From positions 224,636-288,635 of the forward strand of contig CAXHRJ010000001.1 of the NCBI GenBank assembly GCA_964018915.1: a DNA stretch of 64,000 bases. The letters are read 5' to 3'. Positions 20,863 to 31,298 of the stretch are shown here, piece after piece. The stretch comes from an uncultured Bacilli bacterium (lineage in GTDB: Bacteria > Bacillota_I > Bacilli_A > RF39 > UBA660). The position numbers and the translations under genes are program-made. Under the pieces are notes generated by a model. The model searched no databases. It saw only the letters and a list, made by a program, of their open reading frames with translations, and was not told the origin of the DNA. Numbering within the stretch: position 1 is the stretch's first letter; each line of letters begins with the position of its first letter.

Positions 20863-22611
20863 TTAAAAGCCACTACGTTTAAACATTTTTTCCAAATCCT
20901 GTTTGGAATAATAAACTACTGTTGGCCTACCATGTGGGCAATTAAAAGGATTCTCACAATCTCTTAAATCACTAATTAAAACTTCCATTTCCTCCTGCGT
21001 TATATTCGTATTAGCTTTAATACTCATCTTACAAGCAGCAGTTGCTGATACATGATCATAAAATAATTGTAAATCAAAATTTTTCTCCTTATAAATTACA
21101 GTTTCTAAAATTCTTTTAATATTATCCTCTTCATATTCATTTGGTAGCCATACTGGATGAGCTTTTACAATAACAGAATTCATACCAAATTCCTCAATGT
21201 CAAAATTCATAGAGCGCAATAACTCAAAATTCTCTTTTAAAACAATAAATTCATTTGCTGGGTATTCCAATGTTACAGGAACAAGCATTGCAATAGACTC
21301 CTTCTTTGGATTCAGCAACTTCTCTTTCACCTTTTCATAATTAATTCTTTCTTTAGCTGCATGTTGATCAATTATGTACATTCCATTTTCATTTTGGCAA
21401 ATAATATACGTGCCATGAACTAATCCTACTGGATATAAAAGTGGAAGTTTTTCCTTCACATCTTCATGAATTTCCATTTCTTCTTCAACAACTATTTCTT
21501 CTTTACTAAAATCTGTATTGAGAACTAGTTCCTCAACAGGTTCTCGTACTTCATCAAAGTTTAGTGTAAACGTCTCATATTTAACTTTTTCTACTGGCTC
21601 TTTCTTCTCTTCAATATGTGGAATTAAAGTCTTCTTTTTTAAAGCATCAGAAATGGTAGCATAAACTAATTGATTGAGTTCCTCTTGCTTACCAAATTTA
21701 ATATCCATTTTAGTAGGATGAATATTAACATCAATAATACTAGTATCCACTTTAATATCCAATACCACAATAGGATATCGATTCTCTGGCTGATAAGAAT
21801 GGTATCCTTCTTTCATCCAACGATTAAGTTCCGAATTTCTAACAATTCTTCCATTAACTAAAGTAATCATCCCATTGCGATTAGAACGATGTACCTCAGG
21901 CAAACTGATATATCCTTTTATTTCATAATCAGCATTAGAAGCACTTACTTCTATCATCTTTTTTGCCATAGAAGCACCATAAATATAATGAATTACTTTT
22001 AATAATTGGCCACTTCCATCTGTTTTAAAAATTTCTTTTCCATCATTCATTAATGAAAACCTAACTTCAGGATGAGACAAAGCTAACTTATTCATATATT
22101 CTGTAATATTTGCTAATTCTGCATATAAACTTTTTAAATGCTTTAAACGCGCTGGTGTATTATAGAATAGTTCTTGAACGCTGATAATGGTTCCTTTTCT
22201 ACTATCCCCTTTTTCTACTGACAAAACTTTACCACCTGCAATATTTACAACAGTACCTATCTCTCCAGTAGAAGTAGATAACGTCACTTTAGATACTGAG
22301 GCAATAGATGCTAATGCTTCACCACGAAACCCCAATGTTCCAATTCGATACAAATCTTCTTCTCTATAAATTTTACTAGTAGCATGTCTAGAAAAGCAAA
22401 GAATAGCATCTTCTTCCTCCATACCTTTTCCATTATCTATTACTTTTATTTCTTTGGTACCAGATTCTAACAATTCTACTTTAACTTCAGTACTACCCGC
22501 ATCTATACTATTTTCTACTAATTCTTTAACAACAGAAGAACATCTTTCTACTACTTCCCCAGCCGCTATTTTATTTGCTAGTATTTCATCTAATACTTTT
22601 ACTACTGCCAT
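20863..22611 (-). CDS. mutL: DNA mismatch repair protein MutL
   Basis: GHKL ATPase N-terminus (ELVENSIDAGST, VIDNGKGM, GFRGEAL) and a C-terminal dimerisation domain. Confidence 0.9.
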   Translation of the reverse strand: MAVVKVLDEILANKIAAGEVVERCSSVVKELVENSIDAGSTEVKVELLESGTKEIKVIDNGKGMEEEDAILCFSRHATSKIYREEDLYRIGTLGFRGEALASIASVSKVTLSTSTGEIGTVVNIAGGKVLSVEKGDSRKGTIISVQELFYNTPARLKHLKSLYAELANITEYMNKLALSHPEVRFSLMNDGKEIFKTDGSGQLLKVIHYIYGASMAKKMIEVSASNADYEIKGYISLPEVHRSNRNGMITLVNGRIVRNSELNRWMKEGYHSYQPENRYPIVVLDIKVDTSIIDVNIHPTKMDIKFGKQEELNQLVYATISDALKKKTLIPHIEEKKEPVEKVKYETFTLNFDEVREPVEELVLNTDFSKEEIVVEEEMEIHEDVKEKLPLLYPVGLVHGTYIICQNENGMYIIDQHAAKERINYEKVKEKLLNPKKESIAMLVPVTLEYPANEFIVLKENFELLRSMNFDIEEFGMNSVIVKAHPVWLPNEYEEDNIKRILETVIYKEKNFDLQLFYDHVSATAACKMSIKANTNITQEEMEVLISDLRDCENPFNCPHGRPTVVYYSKQDLEKMFKRSGF

Positions 22612-22713
22612 GTTATCACCAATCTCATTATATCACAAAAGAAAGATTTTCTATATTACATAATCTATTCATTTCTTTAATTTTTTCTACCTCATAATTT
22701 TTATATAGAATAT

Positions 22714-22755
22714 GAAAAAGAAGAAATACTATAGTATTTCTTCTTTGATATTTGG
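22714..22755 (-). terminator. rho-independent terminator overlapping the sufS stop codon
   Basis: Perfect palindrome GAAGAAATACTA|TAGTATTTCTTC centred on the TAG stop, followed by TTTTTC on the minus strand. Confidence 0.5.
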
Positions 22756-23919
22756 ATTTTTTAGAGTACTTACCAATTTATCAATTTCTTCTTTTGTATT
22801 ATAAAGATATAAACTCATACGGCAAGTATTCTTAATACCTAAATCATCCTTTAATATTTTAGCGCAGTGATTACCAGCTCTTACACAGATATGATATTTA
22901 TTTAGATAGATTGCTAAATCCTGTGAGAAAATATCTTTCATATTAAAAGTTATAATACCTGCTTCACTTGTTTCATTATAAAGAATAAGACTTGGAACTT
23001 CTTTTAATTTTTCTATCGCATATTTTCTAAGGTCTTTTTCATAAGCTTCTATTCTATCCATCCCAATAGAGTCTAAATATTCTATAACAGCACCAAAACC
23101 TATTACTGCTGCTATATTAGGAGTACCAGCTTCAAAGAAATGTGGAATCTCATTATAAATTACAGTTCCATCAAACTCAAAAGAGGCATTCATCCCTCCA
23201 CCTACAATAAGTGGTTTAAAGTTCTTTAAATATTTCTCTTTTCCATAAAGAATACCTAAACCTGTTGGCCCACACATTTTATGAGCTGAGAATGCTAAAA
23301 AATCTACGTCTAAATCTTTTACATCCACTTTCATATGAGGAACACTCTGTGCTCCATCACACACTACTAAAATATCTTTAGAATGGGCAAATTGTGTAAT
23401 TTCTTTTATTGGTCTTAGATCACCAACTACATTTGTAACATGTGCTAAAGAGATTACCTTTGTATGTTCTGTAATACTTTTTCTTACATTATCAAGCGTT
23501 ACTTTTAAATTTTCATCTAGAGGAATATAATTTACAACAATTCCTTTTCGTTTAGATAATTCAAACCATGGAAGGACATTGGATGCATGCTCTGCTTTTG
23601 TAAGTAACACTTCATCTCCTTCCTCTAAATAGTCTTCAAAAAAGCCTAAAACTATTTTAGAAAGAGAATCTGTTGCATTATTCGTAAATGCTATTTCATT
23701 TGTATTAGCATTAACAAAATTACTAACTAAATATCTAGTTTTCTCAAATAAAGTATCTACCTTTAAACTAATATCGTAATCTCCTCTATGAGCGTTAGCT
23801 GTATAATCATTATAATATTCACTCGTTACATCAGCTAAGACTTTTGGCTTTAAAGTGGTTGCACCACTATCTAAATAGATAATATCTTGATTCGTCATCA
23901 AAAAATCTTCGCGATTCAT
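22729..23919 (-). CDS. sufS: cysteine desulfurase, class V aminotransferase (SufS-like)
   Basis: IYLDSGATTLKP, a PLP-lysine region SAHKMCGPTG, and the catalytic loop RAGNHCA. Confidence 0.85.
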   Translation of the reverse strand: MNREDFLMTNQDIIYLDSGATTLKPKVLADVTSEYYNDYTANAHRGDYDISLKVDTLFEKTRYLVSNFVNANTNEIAFTNNATDSLSKIVLGFFEDYLEEGDEVLLTKAEHASNVLPWFELSKRKGIVVNYIPLDENLKVTLDNVRKSITEHTKVISLAHVTNVVGDLRPIKEITQFAHSKDILVVCDGAQSVPHMKVDVKDLDVDFLAFSAHKMCGPTGLGILYGKEKYLKNFKPLIVGGGMNASFEFDGTVIYNEIPHFFEAGTPNIAAVIGFGAVIEYLDSIGMDRIEAYEKDLRKYAIEKLKEVPSLILYNETSEAGIITFNMKDIFSQDLAIYLNKYHICVRAGNHCAKILKDDLGIKNTCRMSLYLYNTKEEIDKLVSTLKNPNIKEEIL

Positions 23920-23922
23920 AAA

Positions 23923-24720
23923 TCACCTCCACTCGTTTTTAGTGGCTTTTTCTATCTCTTTTTGCATCTTTTTATTTTCAATATCGCTTAATAAGAAGCC
24001 TTTTAATAATAGCCTAGTAGCTTCCTCTTTACTAATACCTCTACTTTGCAAATAAAAGATTTCTTCTCCACTAAATTTTCCAATTAAAGCAGAATGATTA
24101 GCCACAACATCATATTCATCAATATAAAGATTGGGTCTAATCTCATTTTTCTTTTCATTTAAACTGATAATACGATTATTTTGATTAGCAACACATGATT
24201 TCATTCCTTTTGGAATAAATGTAGATACTTGTATGGTCGCTTTTCCACTTCGAATACTCACAACATTATTTCTTATATTACTATTAGTATTTTTAGCATC
24301 ATGATAAATATAATAATCTAATGTTTCCTTTCCATTACAAATATCTTTTAAAGAATAATCAAAACTAGCACCTTCTCCTAATAAATGAGTAGATACCATT
24401 TCTTTTCCTACTGGTACATTTTGAAATTTAAATACATTTATATGAGCATTTTCTTCAACTCGATAATTATATTGAACTTTACTGTTTTCTAATTTTTGAT
24501 AAAGGAATAACTGCACATTAGCATTTTTCTTTACTTCTATATTAATTTTTACTTTTTTACTGCTTGAAGATACATCTAACTCTAAATCACAGCTTTTTAA
24601 ACAGACAATATCCATAGAAGCAATATCAAACTCATTCTGCGCAGATTTCATAGAAAATGTTATTTTTTTAGGTATTTTTAGTTCTTCTACTTTATCTTCT
24701 ACTACTCTTATTCTATTCAT
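23923..24720 (-). CDS. sufD: minimal SufB/SufD-family Fe-S assembly protein (265 aa)
   Basis: Position between sufC and sufS. A beta-helix-like repetitive core. The C-terminus is SufBD-like. Confidence 0.55.
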   Translation of the reverse strand: MNRIRVVEDKVEELKIPKKITFSMKSAQNEFDIASMDIVCLKSCDLELDVSSSSKKVKINIEVKKNANVQLFLYQKLENSKVQYNYRVEENAHINVFKFQNVPVGKEMVSTHLLGEGASFDYSLKDICNGKETLDYYIYHDAKNTNSNIRNNVVSIRSGKATIQVSTFIPKGMKSCVANQNNRIISLNEKKNEIRPNLYIDEYDVVANHSALIGKFSGEEIFYLQSRGISKEEATRLLLKGFLLSDIENKKMQKEIEKATKNEWR

Positions 24721-25501
24721 GACGAGTAATTTCCTTCACGATACAAGTACCAAGTTCTACTTCTTTTTTTTCTATTTTTTCATAACCATTTTTCTCAATA
24801 TAATCTACCAAACTAAAGTCCCCGCTTCGTACTATTCTTCCATTCATCATAATATGTACAAACTCTGGTTTAATGTATTCTAGAAGCCTACGATAATGTG
24901 TAATTAATAAGACGCCACAATTCCTTTCTTTTTGATAAGCGGTAACATTCTCTCCTACTATTTTTAGGCTATCTACATCAAGACCAGAATCTATTTCATC
25001 TAAAAGAACCATATCTGGCTTTAATAAATACATTTGTAGAATTTCGTTTTTCTTACGTTCTCCTCCACTAAATCCCTGATTAACCCCTCTGTTTATCATA
25101 TCATGACCCATACTTAATCTATCAATAGTAGCATCCAACTCTTTAATGAAAGGAAATAGTTTAAAATTCTTTTTCTCTTTTGCTGAAACAACAGTCCTTA
25201 GGAAATCAGCATTACTTACACCTTCTATTGCAATTGGCGACTGCATTCCTAAAAATATCCCTAGATGAGCTCTTTCATCTACTGAAAGTTTTGTAATATC
25301 TTCTTCATCATAAGTAATAGAGCCACTTTCTATTTTATAACTGTCATCTCCCATAATTACTTTTGTAAGCGTACTTTTTCCAGTACCATTAGGTCCCATA
25401 ATCGCATGAATTTCTCCACTATTTATTGTTAAAGAAAAGTTAGATAAGATTTCTTTTCCTTCTACGGTTACTCTTAAATCTTTTATTTCAAGTGTGTGCA
25501 T
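24713..25501 (-). CDS. sufC: Fe-S cluster assembly ATPase SufC
   Basis: Walker A GPNGTGKST, ABC signature FSGGERKK, Walker B LLDEIDSGLD. The start is the ATG at 25501. Confidence 0.85.
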   Translation of the reverse strand: MHTLEIKDLRVTVEGKEILSNFSLTINSGEIHAIMGPNGTGKSTLTKVIMGDDSYKIESGSITYDEEDITKLSVDERAHLGIFLGMQSPIAIEGVSNADFLRTVVSAKEKKNFKLFPFIKELDATIDRLSMGHDMINRGVNQGFSGGERKKNEILQMYLLKPDMVLLDEIDSGLDVDSLKIVGENVTAYQKERNCGVLLITHYRRLLEYIKPEFVHIMMNGRIVRSGDFSLVDYIEKNGYEKIEKKEVELGTCIVKEITRHE

Positions 25502-25642
25502 CGAATCATCTCCAATTTGTATTATACTAAAAATTAGAAAAAAACAAAAGAATTTGTATAATATTTGTTCCAATTTCCCATTATAATAATGAATATCCGC
25601 AAGTATTCACAAGAGACGAGTTACTCGTCTTTTTCTGTTAAT

Positions 25643-25653
25643 TGTGCTATAAT
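25643..25653 (+). promoter_or_regulatory. extended -10 element (TGTGCTATAAT) for the HIT gene
   Basis: TGnTATAAT match 20 nt upstream of the GGAGAG RBS. Sits in the divergent sufC/hit intergenic region. Confidence 0.4.
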
Positions 25654-25672
25654 GGGTTTGGAGAGTGATAAA

Positions 25673-26035
25673 ATGAATGATTGCCTATTTTGCAAAATTA
25701 ATAATGGAGATATTCCGTGCTATAAAGTATATGAAGATGAGGTAGTATTAGCATTCCTAGATATTAATCCTAAAAGTAATGGTCACACATTGATCATTCC
25801 TAAAAAACATTTTAAAGATATTTACGATATTGATAAGGATACTCTATCTCATATTATGGGAACTGCGAAAAATATTATGAATTTATTAAACGAGAAATTA
25901 AATCCAGATGGATTTACCCTTGCCCAAAATAATGGTGAAGTACAAGAAATAAAACATTTCCATCTACATGTAATGCCATACTATAAAAATTCTACTTTAA
26001 AAACGGCTGAAGAAACATGGAATTTATTAAAATAA
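25673..26035 (+). CDS. HIT-family nucleotide hydrolase
   Basis: CLFCKI, NGHTLIIP, and the histidine triad HFHLHVMP. The start is the ATG at 25673 with a GGAGAG RBS. The upstream part of the listed ORF begins with TTG and is probably noncoding. Confidence 0.85.
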   Translation: MNDCLFCKINNGDIPCYKVYEDEVVLAFLDINPKSNGHTLIIPKKHFKDIYDIDKDTLSHIMGTAKNIMNLLNEKLNPDGFTLAQNNGEVQEIKHFHLHVMPYYKNSTLKTAEETWNLLK

Positions 26036-26036
26036 A

Positions 26037-26072
26037 AATATCAGAAAAAATCTGATATTTTTTTATGATAAT
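26037..26072. terminator. bidirectional terminator between the convergent hit and pnp genes
   Basis: ATATCAGA(aaaaa)TCTGATAT 8-bp stem flanked by an A-run and T7. Confidence 0.6.
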
Positions 26073-26084
26073 GAAAAAAAGAAA

Positions 26085-28217
26085 CTATTTAATAGCTTCT
26101 TTTCTAGATAAGTTAAGACGACCTCTATTATCATATCCCATACATTTAACGATAATCTCGTCTCCTTCTTTTACAACATCCTCTACCTTTTCAACACGTT
26201 CAAGTGCTAACTGTCCAATATGAACCATACCTTCACAACCAGGCCATAGTTCTACAAAACATCCTTTATCACTTAATATTTTAACTACTTTACCCGTATA
26301 GATTTTATCAGTCTCTGGTTCTCTTACAATATCTTTAATACGATTAGCAGTAGCTTCAATAATTTCTTTATTAGTATGATAAATAATTACTCTACCATCA
26401 TCTTCTAAATCTACTTTTACAGCATTGATATCATTAACTGCTGTTACATTACTACATTCTAAGATAATCTTAGTAATTGTTTCTCCCCCCTTACCAATAA
26501 CTTCTTTAATCTTATCTGGATTAATCATAAATGTCATTGTCTTTGGAGCATATTCAGATACCTCTGGTCTTGGTTCAGGGATTTGAGCAGTAATAACATC
26601 TAAGATTTGCATACGAGCCTCTTTTGCTTGCGCTAAAGCCTCTTTTAAGATTTGCTCTGTAATACCTTTAATCTTAATATCCATTTGAAGTGCACAGATT
26701 CCATCTTTTGTTCCTGCTACTTTAAAGTCCATGTCTCCTAAATGATCTTCCATACCTTGAATATCTGTTAAAATTGTATAATCATTACCATAAGTAATTA
26801 ATCCCATAGCGATACCAGCAACTGGCGCTTTAATTGGTACACCTGCTGCCATTAAACTCATACAGCCAGCACAAATACTTGCTTGTGAAGAAGAACCATT
26901 ACTTTCTAAAATCTCACTTACAACACGAATTGTATATGGGAATTCATTTTCCGATGGGATAACTTGTGCTAAAGCTCTTTCTCCTAAAGCACCATGTCCA
27001 ATTTCTCTTCTTCCTGGAGAACCATAACGGCCAGTCTCTCCAACACTAAATTGTGGGAAGTTATAGTGTAACATGAATCTCTTCTCTGTCTCTAAATCGA
27101 TACCATCTAGAATTTGATGTTCTCCTAAAGCTCCTAATGTTGTAACACTTAAACTTTGTGTTTCACCACGAGTAAATAAAGCAGATCCATGTGTTCTTGG
27201 AAGTAAATCAATATCCGTTGATAATGGTCTAATTTCAGTCATAGCGCGACCATCAGCACGTACTTTTTCTTTTACAACAATTGCTCTAAATAAATCATAC
27301 TCCACACTCTCTAAAATTAATTTTATCTTTGTTAAAAGTTCTCTTAATTCATCCTCTTCTAAAGAACTATTTTCTTCTTCATACTTAGCAACAACTCTCT
27401 CTTTAACTTCATCAATTGCTGCATATTTTTCTAACTTATCTTTAATACGTAATGCCTTATCTAAATCATTAGAACATAAAGATGTTACTTCTGCTTTTAA
27501 TTCATCAGTGATATCTAATACATCATATTCCATTTTCTCTATTCCAATTTCAGCAATAATCTTCTCTTCAAAAGCAATTAATTCTTTAATAGCTTCATGA
27601 CCAAACATTAAAGCTTTTAGCATATCTTCCTCAGATACTTCTTTCGCACCCGCTTCTACCATGTTGATAGCATCTTTTGTTCCTGCAACAGTAAGTTCAA
27701 TATCTGATTGTTCTGCTTGTTCTGTTGTTGGGTTAATAATAAATTCTCCATTTACTCTACCAACTTTAACACCTGCAATTGGTCCTTCAAATGGAATTTT
27801 AGAAATAGAAGTTGCAAGTGATGAACCAAACATTGCTGTCATCTCTGGAGAATTATCTGGATCTACACTCAATACCGTATTTACAATTTGTACTTCATTT
27901 CTAAAATTTTCTGGGAATAATGGTCTCATTGGTCTATCAATCATACGAGCAGCTAAAGTAGCAGCCTCTGTAGGTCTACCTTCCCTTTTAATGAATCCTC
28001 CTGGAATCTTACCAACAGAATACAATTTTTCTTGATATAAAACCATTAATGGGAAGAAATCTGATAATACATTAGCTGTTTTAGAAACTACTACCGTACT
28101 TAATATTACAGTGTCTCCATAACGAACTAACACAGAACCATGGGCTTGTTTGGCTAGTTCTCCATGCTCTACTATTAATTTTCTTCCTCTAAAATCTAAT
28201 TCATATACTTTTTTCAT
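26085..28217 (-). CDS. pnp: polyribonucleotide nucleotidyltransferase (PNPase)
   Basis: 710 aa with two RNase PH domains plus KH and S1 domains. Conserved rpsO-pnp arrangement. Confidence 0.95.
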   Translation of the reverse strand: MKKVYELDFRGRKLIVEHGELAKQAHGSVLVRYGDTVILSTVVVSKTANVLSDFFPLMVLYQEKLYSVGKIPGGFIKREGRPTEAATLAARMIDRPMRPLFPENFRNEVQIVNTVLSVDPDNSPEMTAMFGSSLATSISKIPFEGPIAGVKVGRVNGEFIINPTTEQAEQSDIELTVAGTKDAINMVEAGAKEVSEEDMLKALMFGHEAIKELIAFEEKIIAEIGIEKMEYDVLDITDELKAEVTSLCSNDLDKALRIKDKLEKYAAIDEVKERVVAKYEEENSSLEEDELRELLTKIKLILESVEYDLFRAIVVKEKVRADGRAMTEIRPLSTDIDLLPRTHGSALFTRGETQSLSVTTLGALGEHQILDGIDLETEKRFMLHYNFPQFSVGETGRYGSPGRREIGHGALGERALAQVIPSENEFPYTIRVVSEILESNGSSSQASICAGCMSLMAAGVPIKAPVAGIAMGLITYGNDYTILTDIQGMEDHLGDMDFKVAGTKDGICALQMDIKIKGITEQILKEALAQAKEARMQILDVITAQIPEPRPEVSEYAPKTMTFMINPDKIKEVIGKGGETITKIILECSNVTAVNDINAVKVDLEDDGRVIIYHTNKEIIEATANRIKDIVREPETDKIYTGKVVKILSDKGCFVELWPGCEGMVHIGQLALERVEKVEDVVKEGDEIIVKCMGYDNRGRLNLSRKEAIK

Positions 28218-28290
28218 ACTACACTTTCCTTCCTAGTAGGTATTATTATCATACCATAAATAATGAATATCGGATAGTCTTTTTCACATA

Positions 28291-28326
28291 AAAGACACCC
28301 AAAAAAGAGTGTCTTTGTTTTTTTCC
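28291..28326 (-). terminator. rpsO-pnp intergenic hairpin (terminator/attenuator)
   Basis: AAAGACAC..GTGTCTTT 8-bp stem downstream of rpsO. The U-tract is on both strands. Confidence 0.5.
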
Positions 28327-28334
28327 TTAAATTT

Positions 28335-28604
28335 TTATTTTCTTAAGCCTAACTCTTTAACTACAGCACGATATCTTGTAACATCGTTTTTAATTAAATA
28401 GTTTAATAAGCTTCTTCTTTGACCAACTTTTCTAAGTAATCCTCTTTTTGAATGATGATCACCTGGATGTTCTTTAAAATGCTCAGTCAAAGTATTGATT
28501 TCTTCAGTTAAAATAGCGATTTGTACTTCAATAGATCCTGTATCATTAGTGTCTTTTCCAAATTTCTTAACTAATTCTGCTTTTCTTTCTTTTGTTAAAG
28601 CCAT
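28335..28604 (-). CDS. rpsO: 30S ribosomal protein S15
   Basis: 89 aa with the full-length S15 signature ([35 protein letters not shown]). Confidence 0.95.
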   Translation of the reverse strand: MALTKERKAELVKKFGKDTNDTGSIEVQIAILTEEINTLTEHFKEHPGDHHSKRGLLRKVGQRRSLLNYLIKNDVTRYRAVVKELGLRK

Positions 28605-28716
28605 AATGTATTCTCCTTTCTTGTCTTATATGCTTATTCCTAGATAAAAGTCGGAGACTCTTTTCACCAAGAACAAGTACTGGATATAATATACAACAAA
28701 TTTCTAAAATACGCAA

Positions 28717-28873
28717 GAGTTTTTTACTCTTCTTTACTATCTTCTTTGTCTAATCTTATTTCACTAATTTTTTTATCTAAATCTTCTAATCCTATATTCT
28801 CTAAATCAAAATATTCATTGATATCATTGTTTACTTGATTCTTTGTTGCCTCATCATTTGTCTTATCATGCAT
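28717..28873 (-). CDS. possible small acidic protein (about 51 aa), speculative
   Basis: ATG inside AATGCATGA overlaps the stop of the upstream ArsC-family gene. Highly acidic product MHDKTNDEATKNQVNNDINEYFDLENIGLEDLDKK.... No independent support. Confidence 0.2.
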
Positions 28874-29228
28874 TTTTATCACCTAATAATTCTATCCATT
28901 CCTTTTCTTTAAATCCGATTAATATATCATCTTCTAAAATACAGATAGGTCTTTTTATCAACATACCATTTTTAGAAAGCAAATCTATTTGTTCTTCTAA
29001 AGAATAGGTATCTAATTTTTCCTTTAAATTTAATTCCTTATATACGAGTCCGCTTGTATTAAATAACTTTTTAATCGGTAAAGAATATTTCTTTATCCAT
29101 TCTTCTATTTCCAAATTTGTTGGTATTTCCTCTTTTATGTTTTTTAAACGATAAGATAACTTTCTATCTTCCAAAAACTGTACAGCTTTCTTACAGGTAC
29201 TGCATTTTGGATACCAGTATACGATCAT
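28866..29228 (-). CDS. ArsC/Spx/YffB-family thioredoxin-fold protein
   Basis: MIVYWYPKCSTCKKA matches the CxxC and N-terminal motif of the ArsC/Spx superfamily. The start is ambiguous (GTG at 29237 or ATG at 29228). Confidence 0.7.
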   Translation of the reverse strand: MIVYWYPKCSTCKKAVQFLEDRKLSYRLKNIKEEIPTNLEIEEWIKKYSLPIKKLFNTSGLVYKELNLKEKLDTYSLEEQIDLLSKNGMLIKRPICILEDDILIGFKEKEWIELLGDKNA

Positions 29229-29982
29229 TTTTATCACTACTTCTCTCTATTACTTTTAATAAATCTTTTAAATAGGAAATTCCATCTCCCCTTTTTTCAC
29301 AATTTCCAAACTCCGCACATGCATCACAATAGTTTTTAAAATCAGAAGAGTTTACTAATAAATATCCTTCTTTAATCATCTTTTCAGCACTCTCTTTTCG
29401 ATTACCTACCATTCTACCGCCTATCTCACATGTTCTAGTATAGGATGGGTGCTCATAATATCTATTTTGAAAATTATATCCCAACATAAAAAACTGCTGA
29501 TAAGTACAATCTAATAGATAAAAGTCATTCTCCACATAGGCAATCACAATATAATGATGATAAGGAAAGTGAAAATGCTCTCCAATATCTAATATCGTCG
29601 TTGGGACTTGCAATCCCTTTGCAATTTCTGATAATAAATTAGAAAACTCTAAACTCCTTGTACGTAAACTATCTTGAGAGATATTACAGTTATCATTATC
29701 CTGAGCTTTTTTTCTCGCATAATAAACAATTTGCTTTAACAGATGTTCTTTTTTATCACGTTCTAAAGATGGTTCTACTTTTGGAATTACCTCTATCATA
29801 CGAACATTTAATTTATTTTCTAACTGTGATAAACGTAACATAATAGGTATCTCTGCACCTGTTTTTTTTATTTCATCATAGACTTCATTAAAAAGTGGTT
29901 CTAAAATAGCTATCTGCTCTAAAACAGGTAAATTACTACAAGAATCAATTCTTTCTTCTATATCTCTTAATTTATTATCCAT
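29191..29982 (-). CDS. hypothetical protein with a C-terminal Cys cluster
   Basis: GGGGG RBS 6 nt upstream of the ATG at 29982. C-terminal CDACAEFGNCEKRGDG. Overlaps the next gene by about 38 nt. Confidence 0.45.
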   Translation of the reverse strand: MDNKLRDIEERIDSCSNLPVLEQIAILEPLFNEVYDEIKKTGAEIPIMLRLSQLENKLNVRMIEVIPKVEPSLERDKKEHLLKQIVYYARKKAQDNDNCNISQDSLRTRSLEFSNLLSEIAKGLQVPTTILDIGEHFHFPYHHYIVIAYVENDFYLLDCTYQQFFMLGYNFQNRYYEHPSYTRTCEIGGRMVGNRKESAEKMIKEGYLLVNSSDFKNYCDACAEFGNCEKRGDGISYLKDLLKVIERSSDKNDRILVSKMQYL

Positions 29983-29990
29983 AAAGCCCC

Positions 29991-31151
29991 CTAAAATTTA
30001 ATTTTATATCGTTTTGTTTCAATATGTACTCTTTGAACAATTCCTAAAGCTGCTACTAAAGAAAGTGTAAAACTTCCTCCATAAGATAAGAATGGTAATG
30101 GTACTCCTGTTAAAGGAATAATTCCAAACATTCCACCTAGATTAATAAAAATATGAGCAAATATATAGGTTGCTACTCCCAAACACATATATTTTCCTCT
30201 TATCGTACTTGCTCTACTAGAAAGCATCAAAATGCGATATAAAATAATAGCATATAAAATTAATAAACCAACACCTGCAATATATCCATACTCTTCCGCA
30301 AATATCGCAAAAACCATATCTGTATGAGCTTCTGGAATGTAGGAATACTTCTGAGTACTCTTTCCAATTCCAACACCATTTAATCCCCCCAAATTAATAG
30401 CAATATAAGCATTACATACTTGATATCCTGTTCCAGCATATTTAGAACAAGGATCAAAATAATTAAATCGTTCCATCTGTTTTTCTGATAATACTCTTCC
30501 TGTTACAGCATAAACAGTAAGTAGTGCAAAAGCAATAATAGCAACTACACCACCTGCAATTTTCCATTTTTCTTTTGGAACAATAGGACTTAATAGATAA
30601 ACAACCCCAAAGATAGATCCTTGAATAAGCGCTGTTCCCAAATCCTTTTGAGCAAAAACAATAGCAGGAAGAATTAATCCAATTGTACAGATTAATATGA
30701 TTAATTTTTTATGATCTACTTTAGGATTTCTAAGTCGCTTCCAAGAACGCTCTATAGCGAGCGCTAAGGCAGCTATTAAAATCGGTTTGGCAATCTCACT
30801 CGGTTGTAATTTAAAGAATCCTAAATCAATCCAGTTACTAGCACCTCTTGTAAATGTTCCTTTTAAAATTACGAAAATATTTAGGGAAATTATTCCTACA
30901 AACAAAATAGGAATCAACTTATAATAATGTTTTGTTTCTACATGAGTAATGATAAAAAAAGCAATATAACCTCCAATTAAAATAATTAAATGTCTATAAA
31001 AGTAATAGTAAACAGATTGATCCATCGCTACTACCGCTTCTCTACTAGATGCTGATACGATATTGAAAAGGCCAAATATACTAAGAAAAATCATCAATAA
31101 TAATAAAACTTTATCCATATCTTCAAAAGTTCTTTTAATTTTTCCAAACAT
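29991..31151 (-). CDS. FtsW/RodA/SpoVE-family peptidoglycan glycosyltransferase (SEDS)
   Basis: Ten TM helices, plus SEDS-family motifs near the C-terminus (PLTGVPLPFLSYGGS). Confidence 0.8.
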   Translation of the reverse strand: MFGKIKRTFEDMDKVLLLLMIFLSIFGLFNIVSASSREAVVAMDQSVYYYFYRHLIILIGGYIAFFIITHVETKHYYKLIPILFVGIISLNIFVILKGTFTRGASNWIDLGFFKLQPSEIAKPILIAALALAIERSWKRLRNPKVDHKKLIILICTIGLILPAIVFAQKDLGTALIQGSIFGVVYLLSPIVPKEKWKIAGGVVAIIAFALLTVYAVTGRVLSEKQMERFNYFDPCSKYAGTGYQVCNAYIAINLGGLNGVGIGKSTQKYSYIPEAHTDMVFAIFAEEYGYIAGVGLLILYAIILYRILMLSSRASTIRGKYMCLGVATYIFAHIFINLGGMFGIIPLTGVPLPFLSYGGSFTLSLVAALGIVQRVHIETKRYKIKF

Positions 31152-31298
31152 GATATCACCTTTCTTATCTTTTCTCATATACTATGATATCATATTATCC
31201 TATATTTGACAAACGATTTTACTGCAAAAAAATAGTTATTCATCATGAACAAAGTATCAAAAGAACAATATGATATATTGAATAGTTAGGAGGTATAT

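Noticed and set aside
27661-28035. 124-aa plus-strand ORF
   Set aside because: Lies entirely within pnp on the opposite strand.
31179-31298. Search for sporulation sigma-factor promoters (sigma-E/K/G/F consensus) upstream of the yjcZ-like and spoIIP genes
   Set aside because: Only a sigma-A-like TTGACA with a poor -10 was found. No convincing match to the sporulation sigma consensus sequences could be made by eye.
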